Of a stretch of DNA of 33,831 bases, positions 22,339 through 33,831 are shown piece by piece. How positions within the stretch are numbered: the first letter of the stretch is position 1; every line of letters begins with the position of its first letter. Under the pieces are notes generated by a model that searched no databases, was not told the origin of the DNA, and was given only the letters and a program-made list of their open reading frames with translations. Both the position numbers and the translations under genes were made by a program. The stretch covers positions 1 through 33,831 of the forward strand of contig NW_021832074.1 of NCBI RefSeq assembly GCF_006345805.1, in the 5' to 3' direction. Source of the DNA: Octopus sinensis. Taxonomy: Eukaryota.

Positions 22339-22373
<35 letters not shown>

Positions 22374-22465
22374 GGCTTGGGGACAATCAATGAGTAAGTG
22401 GGATTTCCAGAAAAAAAAAACAGTGACCACGCGCATTACAAACACAATGAGTAAGTGGAGCAGTT

Positions 22466-22830
22466 AAAATATGCAAGAATTTCTCAAGTTTAAAATGTAA
22501 CATTATTTTTATCTGCATTCCTGCGATGGAGCTCTGTATGTATGTTAGAAACCAGCTTCTTCCTTGTAGAACAACTTTTTAAAAAAATAATTATAAATAG
22601 AAAACATACACACATTAATACATACGTATATACGTACATATATGCATATATTCGTCCATAGCAAATACAATACGAGTAAAAATATGCAAGACTTTTCCAA
22701 GTTCAAAATGTCAATTCGTTTTTATCTACATTCCAACGACGGAGTTTTGTATCTGTGTTAGAAAATAGCTCCTTCCTTACACGAAGATTTTAGATTATTA
22801 GAAATAGAAGTAAACACACGTACGTACATA
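22466..22830. repeat. Old diverged tandem duplication (period about 212 bp)
   Basis: AAAATATGCAAGA.TTT..CAAGTT.AAAATGT.A...TTTTTATCT.CATTCC...GA.GGAG.T.TGTAT.T.TGTTAGAAA..AGCT.CTTCCTT at about 22466 and 22678. Confidence 0.8.
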
Positions 22831-22951
22831 CATACTTCCACACTTCCACAAAAAAAAGTTCAGACGTACGTACATATCTACATGCATGTATCGCTAACGA
22901 GTTACTGTTGTCTAAATTCCTGTAATAGAGCCTTGTTACTGGGCTGCAATT

Positions 22952-22990
<39 letters not shown>

Positions 22991-23219
22991 GGAATCTAAA
23001 AAGAATTGAAGTTAGGAAGAACATAAAATCTTACAAAATCACAAGTCAAAGAGAAAAAAACAGATTCTTAATTCTGAAATACGACGGTATTCGGGTGTTT
23101 GTTGATAAATGCGAATAAATATATTTGGGAACCCGTTTACATCAAAAGGAAGAATAAGGCAGTGTGTAGATGTATACCCTTCTGCATGGAAGTGTGTGTG
23201 AGTACTCTACGTACACACA

Positions 23220-24345
<1,126 letters not shown>

Positions 24346-24479
24346 GCGAAGTAGAAGAGCAGAAGGCGCCAATTGCAGGCTGCAAAATTTCAACATCATA
24401 GTTTAATGCAATAATTTAATAAACCGAGTAGCGAGACTATAAATCACTCGGCAACAGAAGCACATATTCTCTCTCACCA

Positions 24480-24515
<36 letters not shown>

Positions 24516-24517
<2 letters not shown>

Positions 24518-25360
24518 AGAGAGGCTCGCGCATATACGTATGCATGCGTACATGCGTGTGTGTGTGTGTGTGTGTGTGCATGTTTGTGTGTGCCTGGGTG
24601 CGCACGTAGACACATAGCTAGTTATACTAAAAAAAACGCACAGACGTTCATAACGAATACCGACATCACACACACACACACGCGCGTAGAGGAGGGAAGG
24701 TTCATCCATGTTATCTCTCCTTTCACACTCGTTTAACTCTGTCCCTCCAACGACAAATCAATCTCTATTCCCCACCCCCCCCCTCTCTCTCTATCTCTCT
24801 ATCTATTCATCAGTTTGGTTATATAACAATTTATCTAGCAATTTAACTGAATCCATTTAACGACTTTCCTCTATCTGTATCAAGTTATTTATGAGTGTGA
24901 GTGTGTGTGCATACACACACACCACACACACACACACTGAGAGAGGCTCGCGCATATACGTATGCATGCGTACATGCGTGTGTGTGTGTGTGTGTGTGTT
25001 TGTGTGTGCATGTTTGTGTGTGCCTGGGTGCGCACGTAGACACATAGCTAGTTATACTAAAAAAAACGCACAGACGTTCATAACGAATACCGACATCACA
25101 CACACACACACACGCGCGTAGAGGAGGGAAGGTTCATCCATGTTATCTCTCCTTTCACACTCGTTTAACTCTGTCCCTCCAACGACAAATCAATCTCTAT
25201 TCCCCACCCCCTCTCTCTCTCTATCTCTCTATCTATTCATCAGTTTGGTTATATAACAATTTATCTAGCAATTTAAACTGAATCCATTTAACGACTTTCC
25301 TCTATCTGTATCAAGTTATTTATGAGTGTGAGTGTGTGTGCATACACACACACACACACA
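24516..25360. repeat. Near-identical 422 bp tandem duplication with breakpoints in (CA)n
   Basis: Units begin TGAGAGAGGCTCGCGCATATACG at 24516 and 24938. Confidence 0.95.
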
Positions 25361-25379
25361 AACGCGCACACATGCACAC

Positions 25380-26005
25380 ATATAATACATACATACATAC
25401 ATACATACATGCATACATACATATATAAATACATACATACATACATATATACATGCATACATACATACATATATACATACATACACACATGCATACATAC
25501 ATACATACATGCATACATACATGCATGCATACATATATACATGCATACATATATACATGCATACATACATACATATATACATACATACACACATACACAC
25601 ATGCATACATACATACACACATACATACATACATACATATATAAATACATACATACATACACACACATACACACATACATACATACATATATAAATACAT
25701 ACATACACATACACACACATACATACATACATACATACACGCATACACACATACATACATACATACATACATACATACACACATACATACACACATATAT
25801 AAATACATACATACACATACACACACACACATACATACATACATACATACATACATACATACATACATACATACACGCATACATACATACACACATACAT
25901 ACATACATACATACATACATACATACACACAAACATACATACATACATACATACATACATACATACATACATACATACATACATACATACATACATACAT
26001 ACATA
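25380..26005. repeat. ~620 bp (TACA)n tract
   Basis: Direct reading. Confidence 0.95.
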
Positions 26006-26869
26006 GAGTAAAACTGTTATTTGCCCGGTGAACAGCGAGAATCGAAACCTTGACTTGCATGTCTATTCTTAATATATTCCGGCAGATTCCAATGCAAATA
26101 TGCTAATCATTGTAGTGTGTGTCACAGTAGAAGAACTTGTCCTTTATGACGACTCATTATTGCAAGAGATTCTAGTACACCGACGTTTTGAAATATTGCT
26201 CGTCATCAGCTTGAAAAATCCGGACGAACGGATCTAACAAGAGCTGATGGTCTTGTTTATAATTTCACCAAAGTTTGTATGGTATTCAGTGCTTCATAGA
26301 ATATACACGTGTTTCCTCACTTTGTCGTCATAATTACATAATAACTGTTGGAATATTACGTAATCTTACAAATTACCTCTTCGATGATAAGTAATGAATA
26401 AAACGACTGGTCTTTATAGCTTAATATGTATTCTAATATGTATTAGAAATCATCAAAAACTTAGTCAGTGGCAAAATATCGTAGGAAGCAAATAAAAAAT
26501 ATAAAAACAGGATTTCAAAGATGTACTCTTTCGCTTGTATTCTCCTCACCATGCATGTATGTATGTATGTATGTATGTATGTATGTATGTATGTATGCAT
26601 GTATGTATGCATGTATGTATGCATGTAAGCATGTATATGAATAATGACATACATGTATATATATATATATATGGGCTCCGTGTGGGCAGTCATCTAAAAG
26701 TTTTTGTGCATCTTGATGCTGACATAAGTTCCTTGTTTTTCTTGATGAGAAGGCGGCATAATGCACCCCTTATTCCTTCGAAATTAGGAATATGCAGCCT
26801 TCGAAACATATGTCGAAAATAAAGGAATTTTGTTAATTCGTCGTTCAACTCCATTCTTTCATTTATTTG

Positions 26870-26902
<33 letters not shown>

Positions 26903-26905
26903 ATG

Positions 26906-26937
<32 letters not shown>

Positions 26938-27289
26938 GCTTCAATGTGTATAATAAATCGTTTCATTCTCTTTCTTACATTTCTCTCTCTCTCTCTCTCA
27001 CTCTTACCCTCTCGCTTTCTCTCCCCGTCTCCCTCTCTCTCACACACACACATACTCACAAACACGTACACATACACACACAAACACATGCATACGTTCT
27101 CTCACTCTCTCGTTAACCACAATACCACATGGTGGCGTGTGGTGCAAGTAAATTGGTGACTGTGTGGGTGGAAGTGTATAAAAAGTAATCATGTAGGTAA
27201 CACACAAATTTGATGAAGTGTTTGATAACAAAAAAGAAACTCTAGCAATAAAATAGGTGTTGCTATAACACTGTGATTTATACATGTGC

Positions 27290-27405
27290 CTACCTATGTG
27301 GATGTTTGTATACAGGTATATATGTGTGTGTATATCCATGTGGGTACATATGTATAAATTATGTATATGTGTGTGTTTGTGCATTGTGTTGTGTGTTTGT
27401 GTATG

Positions 27406-27451
<46 letters not shown>

Positions 27452-27613
27452 TTATATATGTATATATATATATATATGTTTGTGTATTATATATGTATAT
27501 ATATATATATATATATGTTTGTGTATGTATATATATCATATACATATATATGTGTATATGTGTGTTTCTGTATCTATGTTTTGTGTGCGTATATATATGT
27601 GTGTGTGTGTGAG

Positions 27614-27651
<38 letters not shown>

Positions 27652-27770
27652 GTATATGTGCGTGTATGTTTGTGCATGTATGTTGATATATATATATATA
27701 TATATATAAATACATACATAAATATATACATATACATACACACACATATGTATATATGCATATAGGTGCA
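27290..27770. repeat. (TA)n/(TG)n compound microsatellite
   Basis: Direct reading. Confidence 0.9.
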
Positions 27771-28165
27771 TGTGTATGGATTGATGTATGCGTGTTTCTA
27801 CATAAATATTTGGGTATCTGTTCGTTGTCTTTCCGGTTTTAAATTTTTTGAATTCTTCCTATAACAAATGAGTTTGTCTCTAACACCGGAACTATACTTT
27901 ATCTCTGGAATTTACACAACAACAGTAAAAAAATAAATTGCATGTCGAACTCTTGATAAATTCTTGCACATTTATACTACTCCGCTTAATGAATGTATTT
28001 ACAAAATGTCTGATAACCCCAGATTGTTAGTATTAAAAAGGATAACGGTCCTTCGCGAGTAATATACACTCAGATAGACTCATAAGGCCGGTTTCTTTGA
28101 ATCTGTGATATATATATATACATACATATATATATATGTGTGTGTGTGTTAGCTTTGTAAGCACA

Positions 28166-28306
28166 TAAATGTGAAACAAGGTGGGAAAAAAAGAGTACTT
28201 AAATACCAGTGGTAGAGTAATATGCTCTATTTAAACGCAGCAGAAATATAACAAAAGCTGTTACTCAGAGTTTCACGTTCCCGTTTGTCGGACAGTTTTG
28301 TTAACA
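28166..28306 (-). mobile_element. Family P2 repeat with hammerhead-like motif at 28258-28295
   Basis: Homologous to 9487-9584 and 9605-9676; minus strand CTGT-CCGACAA-ACG-GGAA-CGT-GAAACTC-T-GAGTA-ACAG. Confidence 0.65.
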
Positions 28307-28308
28307 AA

Positions 28309-28396
28309 AGAAGACACTTGCCGTAGGTGCCACGTAGCGGGACTGAACCCTGAACCATGTGGTTCGCAAGCAAGCTATTTACCACACAGCCACTCC
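28309..28396 (-). mobile_element. Family C SINE head fragment
   Basis: AGAAGACACTTGCC...GGGACTGAACCC...ACCACACAGCCACTCC. Confidence 0.8.
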
Positions 28397-28814
28397 ATCT
28401 TGTATATTTTCTTTTAAGAGCCAGGAGCGAATTGTAAGTGTAGAGGTGTATCTGATCTGAGAAAAAATGGCAAATCTTATATTGCAGAAATTCAAAGGTC
28501 TACAACTTATATTTTACAAGCAGCTGTAGCAAGACATGTTTCGGCTTATTATTAATATCTAAAATAAATACAATCACTCGAATTCACTATATTTTGAACG
28601 AATTGCTTTCAAAATGATGCAGAAAATCTTTAGTTGGTCCGGAAACGTTGATTCACTCAGAATTGTTACAGCCAAATAATTCCGAAGATGGCTTAAGCTG
28701 AACTTCTTAAAAAATTATGCAAAAAACAAAATTCCAAAGTAAAAAAATGAGGAACCTCAAATACTAAACTAACAAATATGGAACCTAAAATATAAAAATC
28801 AAATCTTGAATTCT

Positions 28815-28826
28815 TTTTCATCTTCC

Positions 28827-28857
<31 letters not shown>

Positions 28858-28903
28858 CTTCTTCTTCTTTCTTTTCTTCTTCTTCTTCTTCTTATTATTA
28901 TTC

Positions 28904-28947
<44 letters not shown>

Positions 28948-28966
28948 TGTATTATTATTATTACTA

Positions 28967-29026
<60 letters not shown>

Positions 29027-29155
29027 CATCATCATCATTATTATTATTGCCATCATCATCATCATCATCATCATCATAATCCTTATCATTATCATTATTA
29101 TATTATATTATTATTATTATTATTATTATATTATTATTATTATTATTATTATTAT
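28815..29155. repeat. (CTT)n-(ATT)n-(ATC)n-(ATT)n trinucleotide tract
   Basis: Direct reading. Confidence 0.95.
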
Positions 29156-29679
29156 TCTGGCAAAACATACTGCTTTTTTTCTAATTAGTAAATTTTTTCA
29201 AAATTCTTTTTTCACTTCTTGTGTAGAGGAGGGTGGTGGTGGTGAAGAATTCAAGGATCTGCTCTTTCGTTTCTTGTTTTTTTTTTCCTTTCCTTTTCTT
29301 TTCTGTTTTTTTTTTTTGTGTGTCCCAAGAGCTAAAACGAAAGTATTTCAGAAAAAGCAAACAGACCTCACGACCTTCGACTGGGAGCGAATTCCTCTCT
29401 GCAGAATTTCATCTCATTTGGTGGGAATCTCAAGCATCTACAGCATGCCATGCACGTGCATGCATAAACATATACATATATACCCATATATATATATATA
29501 TACATGATTACATACATGCATGCATAAATGCATTCAAGCATGCAACCTGCGTGTGTAAACATACGTGCATAAATGCGTACACACATATATACATGCATGC
29601 ATACCCGCATAGATACATACTTGTGTATATACATATATGCACAAATGCATTCATGCATGTGGCTATGTTGTATGTAGGT

Positions 29680-29823
29680 GCAGGAGTAGCTGTGTGATAA
29701 CTAGCTTGCGGAGCAGCCACATGGTTCCGGGTTCAGTCCCACTGCATGGTACCGTGGGCAAGTGTCTTCTACTGTAGCCTCGGGCCGACCAAAGCCTTGT
29801 GAGTGGATTTGGTAGACGGAAAC
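29680..29823 (+). mobile_element. Family C SINE 5' part (3'-truncated)
   Basis: GCAGGAGTAGCTGTGTG...GGGTTCAGTCCCAC...GGATTTGGTAGACGGAAAC. Confidence 0.85.
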
Positions 29824-29889
29824 AGTAGGCGATTTCAGCACCACATTTTTCAGTTGCAGTTCAAGCTAGAGTTAGTGGTAAACCAAATT

Positions 29890-30173
29890 GAGCGGACTCG
29901 TGGTCGTAAGATCGCGGTTTCGATTCCCAGACCGGGCGTTGTCAGTGTTTATTGAGCGAAAACACCTAAAGCTCCACGAGGCTCCGGCAGGGGGTGGTGG
30001 CGATCCCTGCTGTACTCTTTCGCTACAACTTTCTCTCACTCTTTCTTCTGTTGGTCTGCTCGCTTAGCCAGCGGGGTGGCGTCATTTGAAGGCTAAAACA
30101 ATGTGAAGCGCATTGTGACCAGCGATGTGTAGCAACATCCGATAGCTTGGTCGGTCACGGTGATCACGGTGAT
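29890..30173 (+). mobile_element. SINE family B2 copy (5' end eroded)
   Basis: Colinear with 16659-16951; tail GGTCACGGTGATCACGGTGAT. Confidence 0.85.
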
Positions 30174-30879
30174 ATATATATATATATGTTTACATACATA
30201 CATACATACATAATACATATATACAGACAAACAGACATACATGTACTCATATATACACATATTTCCTTGTATATCTCAATATTATTGTCGTGTTTTTCAA
30301 GGCTAAAACCTCCTGTTTTCCTTTTGAAATTGAAGTTTACTAGAAACTTCATCTTTGAGAGGTTTCATATCTGAATATAGGTAAAACTTTATCAGTATTG
30401 GGAGGTTTCACCCATCCTCCGCCCTGCTGTTGAGGTCTATGTTACTTGTTTGACTCTTGTTTCTGGTTTTGTTGTTGTTGTTGTTGTTGTTGGCGTTGTT
30501 ATTATTGTTGTTCTTGTTGCTGAAGATGCAGTCGCTGCAGCTGCTGCTGCTTATGATGATGATTTTGTTGAGTGCCAGATCAGTCCTTCTCGAGCAGAGT
30601 TGTTAAGAATACACTTTCAACGGTGACCACCCCATCTAGGTTCTAGGAAGTGGAAACTTAGAAACACATTAACCAACATAACCTTCACGAAAAACTGGTT
30701 GTCTTATGAGGGAAATTTAGCTGCGATTTTTAGCATATCTTATGACCACGTAAAGTTAGTCTCATCTGTTGTTGCTTTTGATTAGTCTTAGGTCAGCCAC
30801 GATTGAAGAGACCTACGATCAAAAGCATCAAAAGCCTTCCAGTCGTGACCGACCCGAAGGTTGTGCGCTGGAAAATTTT

Positions 30880-31050
30880 TAGCACGCTGGGCTTTAGACA
30901 AATATCTTCCAGCTTTACGTTCTGAGTTCAAATTCTACCGAGGTCGATTTTGCCTTTCATCCTTTCAAGATCGATAAAATAAATACCGACTGAGCACGAG
31001 ATTCGACGTAATCGATTGACCCTCGACTTCAAAATCTCAGTCCTTATAGC
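30880..31050 (+). mobile_element. Diverged family A-related SINE
   Basis: TTACGTTCTGAGTTCAAATTCTACCGAGGTCGATTTTGCCTTTCATCCTTTC. Confidence 0.7.
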
Positions 31051-31060
31051 TATGCTAGAT

Positions 31061-31375
31061 GAAAGTGCATGGCTCAATGATTAGAGCATCGGTATCTCAA
31101 TCATGAGGTAGTGAGTTCGATTCACAGATCGGTCTGTGTTCTTTATTTCGCATTGCTCCAATTCACTCAACTGTAGAAATGAGTTACGTCGTCAATGGTG
31201 CCAAGCTGTATCGGCCCCTTTGCCTTTCCCTTTGACAACATCAGTGGCGTGAAGCGGGGAGGCTGGAATGCATGGGTGACTGTTGGTCTTCCATAAACAA
31301 ACTTGCCCGGACCTGTAACTCGGAGGGGAACTTTCTAGATGCAATCTCATGATCATTCATGACCGAAGGGGGTCT
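31061..31375 (+). mobile_element. Additional tRNA-derived SINE (single copy in the window)
   Basis: A-box-like TGGCTCAATGA, B-box GAGTTCGATTC, followed by TTGCTCCAATTCACTCAACTG...AAATGAGT, a typical SINE central block. Confidence 0.55.
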
Positions 31376-32133
31376 TGTTTTATTTACCTACAGCAGAATG
31401 AAAACAAGTGACCGAGCCGTCTATTTGTTTTGCTTTTTCCCCTTTGTTCAGAGAATGCTGATTCATATTAAACAACATATCTTTTCTAAGACATTAGAGA
31501 GTGATAGAATTTTGATGAAAATTCGACTGCTATTTCTAGCATATCTGTCGACCACTTAGAGGCTATTCATGCCAGGTGTTGTATGACGTCAGTATTTCAG
31601 CAAGCTGTACAATGTTTTAGATCAGCCATTGTTATGATAGGTCATGCGTAAGGTTTGTTTTTCTGTTGTAAAGTTTCAGCTGTCACTCACATCTTTGCCT
31701 GTTGTTCTTCATCTTCTTGCTGCTGTTGTTGTTGTGCTGTCCAGATCTGGCATTTATTATTTATTGTTTATATTTTCATTTTCATTCTCCGTTGTTTTTG
31801 TTATTGTTGCTGTGGTTGTTGTTGTTGTTGGTGGTGGTTTTTGTTGCGTTTTATCAAGATGGCTTCTATTATTTTCTTTCAGTTATTGTCGACAACTTTC
31901 ATAAAGGATTATTCGGTTATATTCAAATACCTTCATGTATAGAATGTGATATGTATGTGTGCGTAAGCCTGTACGTGTTTGTGTGCGTATATCAGCGTGT
32001 ATGTGTATGTGTATGTGTGTATGTGAGTGTGTGAGTGTGGTGTGCATCTTTGCGTGTATTGTACGCGTTAACGCGGTGTCGTGTCGTTTGTGGTCTGCGT
32101 GTTTAGATAAATTATATATTATTATATATATAT

Positions 32134-32167
<34 letters not shown>

Positions 32168-33242
32168 ATATATATATGTGTGTGTGTGTTTGTGTGTTAT
32201 ATATATATATATATAATTTATGTATGTATGTAATGTATAACATATCTATATATATATATATAATATATATTGCTATTACAGACATATTTGTATACCGCAT
32301 CACTCAATCATCAAATATATCTATATATATATATATCTATTTTATATGTATATATACATGCGTGTGTGTGAGGGAGAAAGAGAGTTTTAGAGGTACCTCA
32401 ATAGTGCTCTCTGTTGTAGATGTTTTGTTAATCTGTCCAACAAAAACGTAGATTTTTTCTCCTTGTTTTCACATCAGAAATTTTTTCTGAGATCCATTTA
32501 TCTTCAGAATCTGAAATATTATAGATGTTTCCCAGCATTCCTCTGAATACACTCGTTGTATAATGACTATCTCTTCTCTCTCTTTCAATGAAACAAACTA
32601 TTTGAGGACGCCTCTATGTGGTCGCAATGCATGTTAGAAATAGCTACCAAGTCCCTTTTGCAATCACACTCATCCATTCGCTGTTCACTAACTAGCTTGG
32701 CCCTTTGTCGTCTTGCATTTTCAATATTCGATGGGTTAATTTTCTGATAATTGTAGTGCCTCGTTGCAACGGAGGCGGCACATTTTCAGCAGTGTTAGCT
32801 GAACTAAGTTGGATAAAGAATCTTGCTTAAAGCCACAGCTTACCAACTGATCCGATAATCGACACCAAAACATTTACAAGCCCATGTTCAGTGACCTAAG
32901 CACTGAGTTGCTTGGTTTTCAATGTACTCTCTTTAAAAAGATAAATTGGTAAACTGTAACAAAAATGAAGGTGAGGTCTTGGTTGGAACGCCAATGCTCA
33001 GTCAGCGGCTTAATGATTGTTGAGCAACCTGAAAGTATATTGTTCGATTCTGAGACAGGTATTGTGTGTCACCATTGAGTGTATGTATATATATGTATAT
33101 ATACATCAGTTTACTTGGGAAAGGATTACATTTGTGCATATAAATACGCATATATATATATATATTATATATATATATATATACGGACACACACATATAT
33201 ATACACACACATGCATAATAGATGCATACACATATATGTGAG

Positions 33243-33273
<31 letters not shown>

Positions 33274-33489
33274 ATAAAGGAATACAAAAATGGGACGAGA
33301 ACATCCAATCATCCAGACAGCTAGATGATACAAAAAAGGGACAAGAAAAAACACGTACGGGTCATTCGAAGTTTTCTTTCCTCAGTCGAGTTCCAGATTA
33401 TCTTTGTAATTTCGGCTGGTTATACTCGTGATTGCTCCAATCTGGCCAGCCCCAAGGAAAAACTAAGCTATTGAGTTCACACTTTGCAG

Positions 33490-33795
33490 ATATAAAAAAA
33501 ATCGATCAATTTTACAAATATTTTCAATATTAATGCCCATTCTTTCTGGTGCATTATGGCGGCACATGTTTAAAATATTTGTTGGGCAACCCACTGGAAT
33601 TGACGATACCTTTGAAAACACTTCGAATTTACAAACATTATTATCGTCTTCATCACGCCTGACTCTTTCAGATATTATATTGCAGTTGTCACATGTAAAT
33701 GCAACACATTTTTTTCAGAGAGAGAGAGGCCATATTTTTTCTCGAAGTTTCCTTTACATAATTAACGATTTATTGAGTCTGCAGTCTCATTAAAT
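33490..33795 (-). pseudogene. Decayed hAT-superfamily transposase fragment
   Basis: With frameshifts: NETADSI/IVNYVKET/EKKYGLSL/KCVAFTCDNCNIISERVRR..NNV.....IPVGCPTNILNMCRHNA..MGINIENI.KI..FF, matching the hAT 'AFxxDNxNxNFGG...NNV...GCxAHIL' region. Confidence 0.7.
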
Positions 33796-33831
33796 ATGTT
33801 GTTTGTTTGCTTGTTTTTTTTAACTCAATCA

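Noticed and set aside
26182-26209. CTGATGA...AAAACGTC hammerhead-like motif on the minus strand
   Set aside because: No stem I or convincing stem II pairing; single copy
28806-29507. 233 aa Ser/Tyr/Ile ORF
   Set aside because: Translation of (CTT)n/(ATT)n/(ATC)n with internal frame slips
33350-33385. CTGAGGA motif on the minus strand in a repeat-like segment
   Set aside because: GAAA is replaced by GAAT and the stems are not formed

Overview
Eukaryotic, AT-rich, repeat-saturated DNA. The tRNA-derived SINE families and the very dense (TA)n/(CA)n/(TACA)n/(GACA)n/(ATT)n microsatellites match what I recall of octopus (coleoid cephalopod) genomes; this assignment is from recall, not a database search. 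I find no confidently supported intact protein-coding gene, and nearly all ORFs in the track are microsatellite or SINE read-throughs. Supported content: about 20 full or partial copies of 4-5 SINE families (five with clear 14-19 bp target-site duplications); a non-autonomous Helitron (3335-3732); decayed mariner (21423-21744) and hAT (about 33490-33795) transposase fragments; a Penelope-like RT C-terminal remnant split by a SINE (18173-18870); a TIR-bounded MITE-like element; an approximately 190 bp foldback with tRNA-like arms; a compound minisatellite; and a recent 422 bp tandem duplication. Most notable are two dispersed repeat families carrying minimal hammerhead-ribozyme-like folds (one with a shared non-canonical core), the tRNA-like foldback, and a recurrent palindromic head-to-tail junction in one SINE family. 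One 50 nt candidate exon (16466-16515) suggests the window could lie within a large intron-rich gene.
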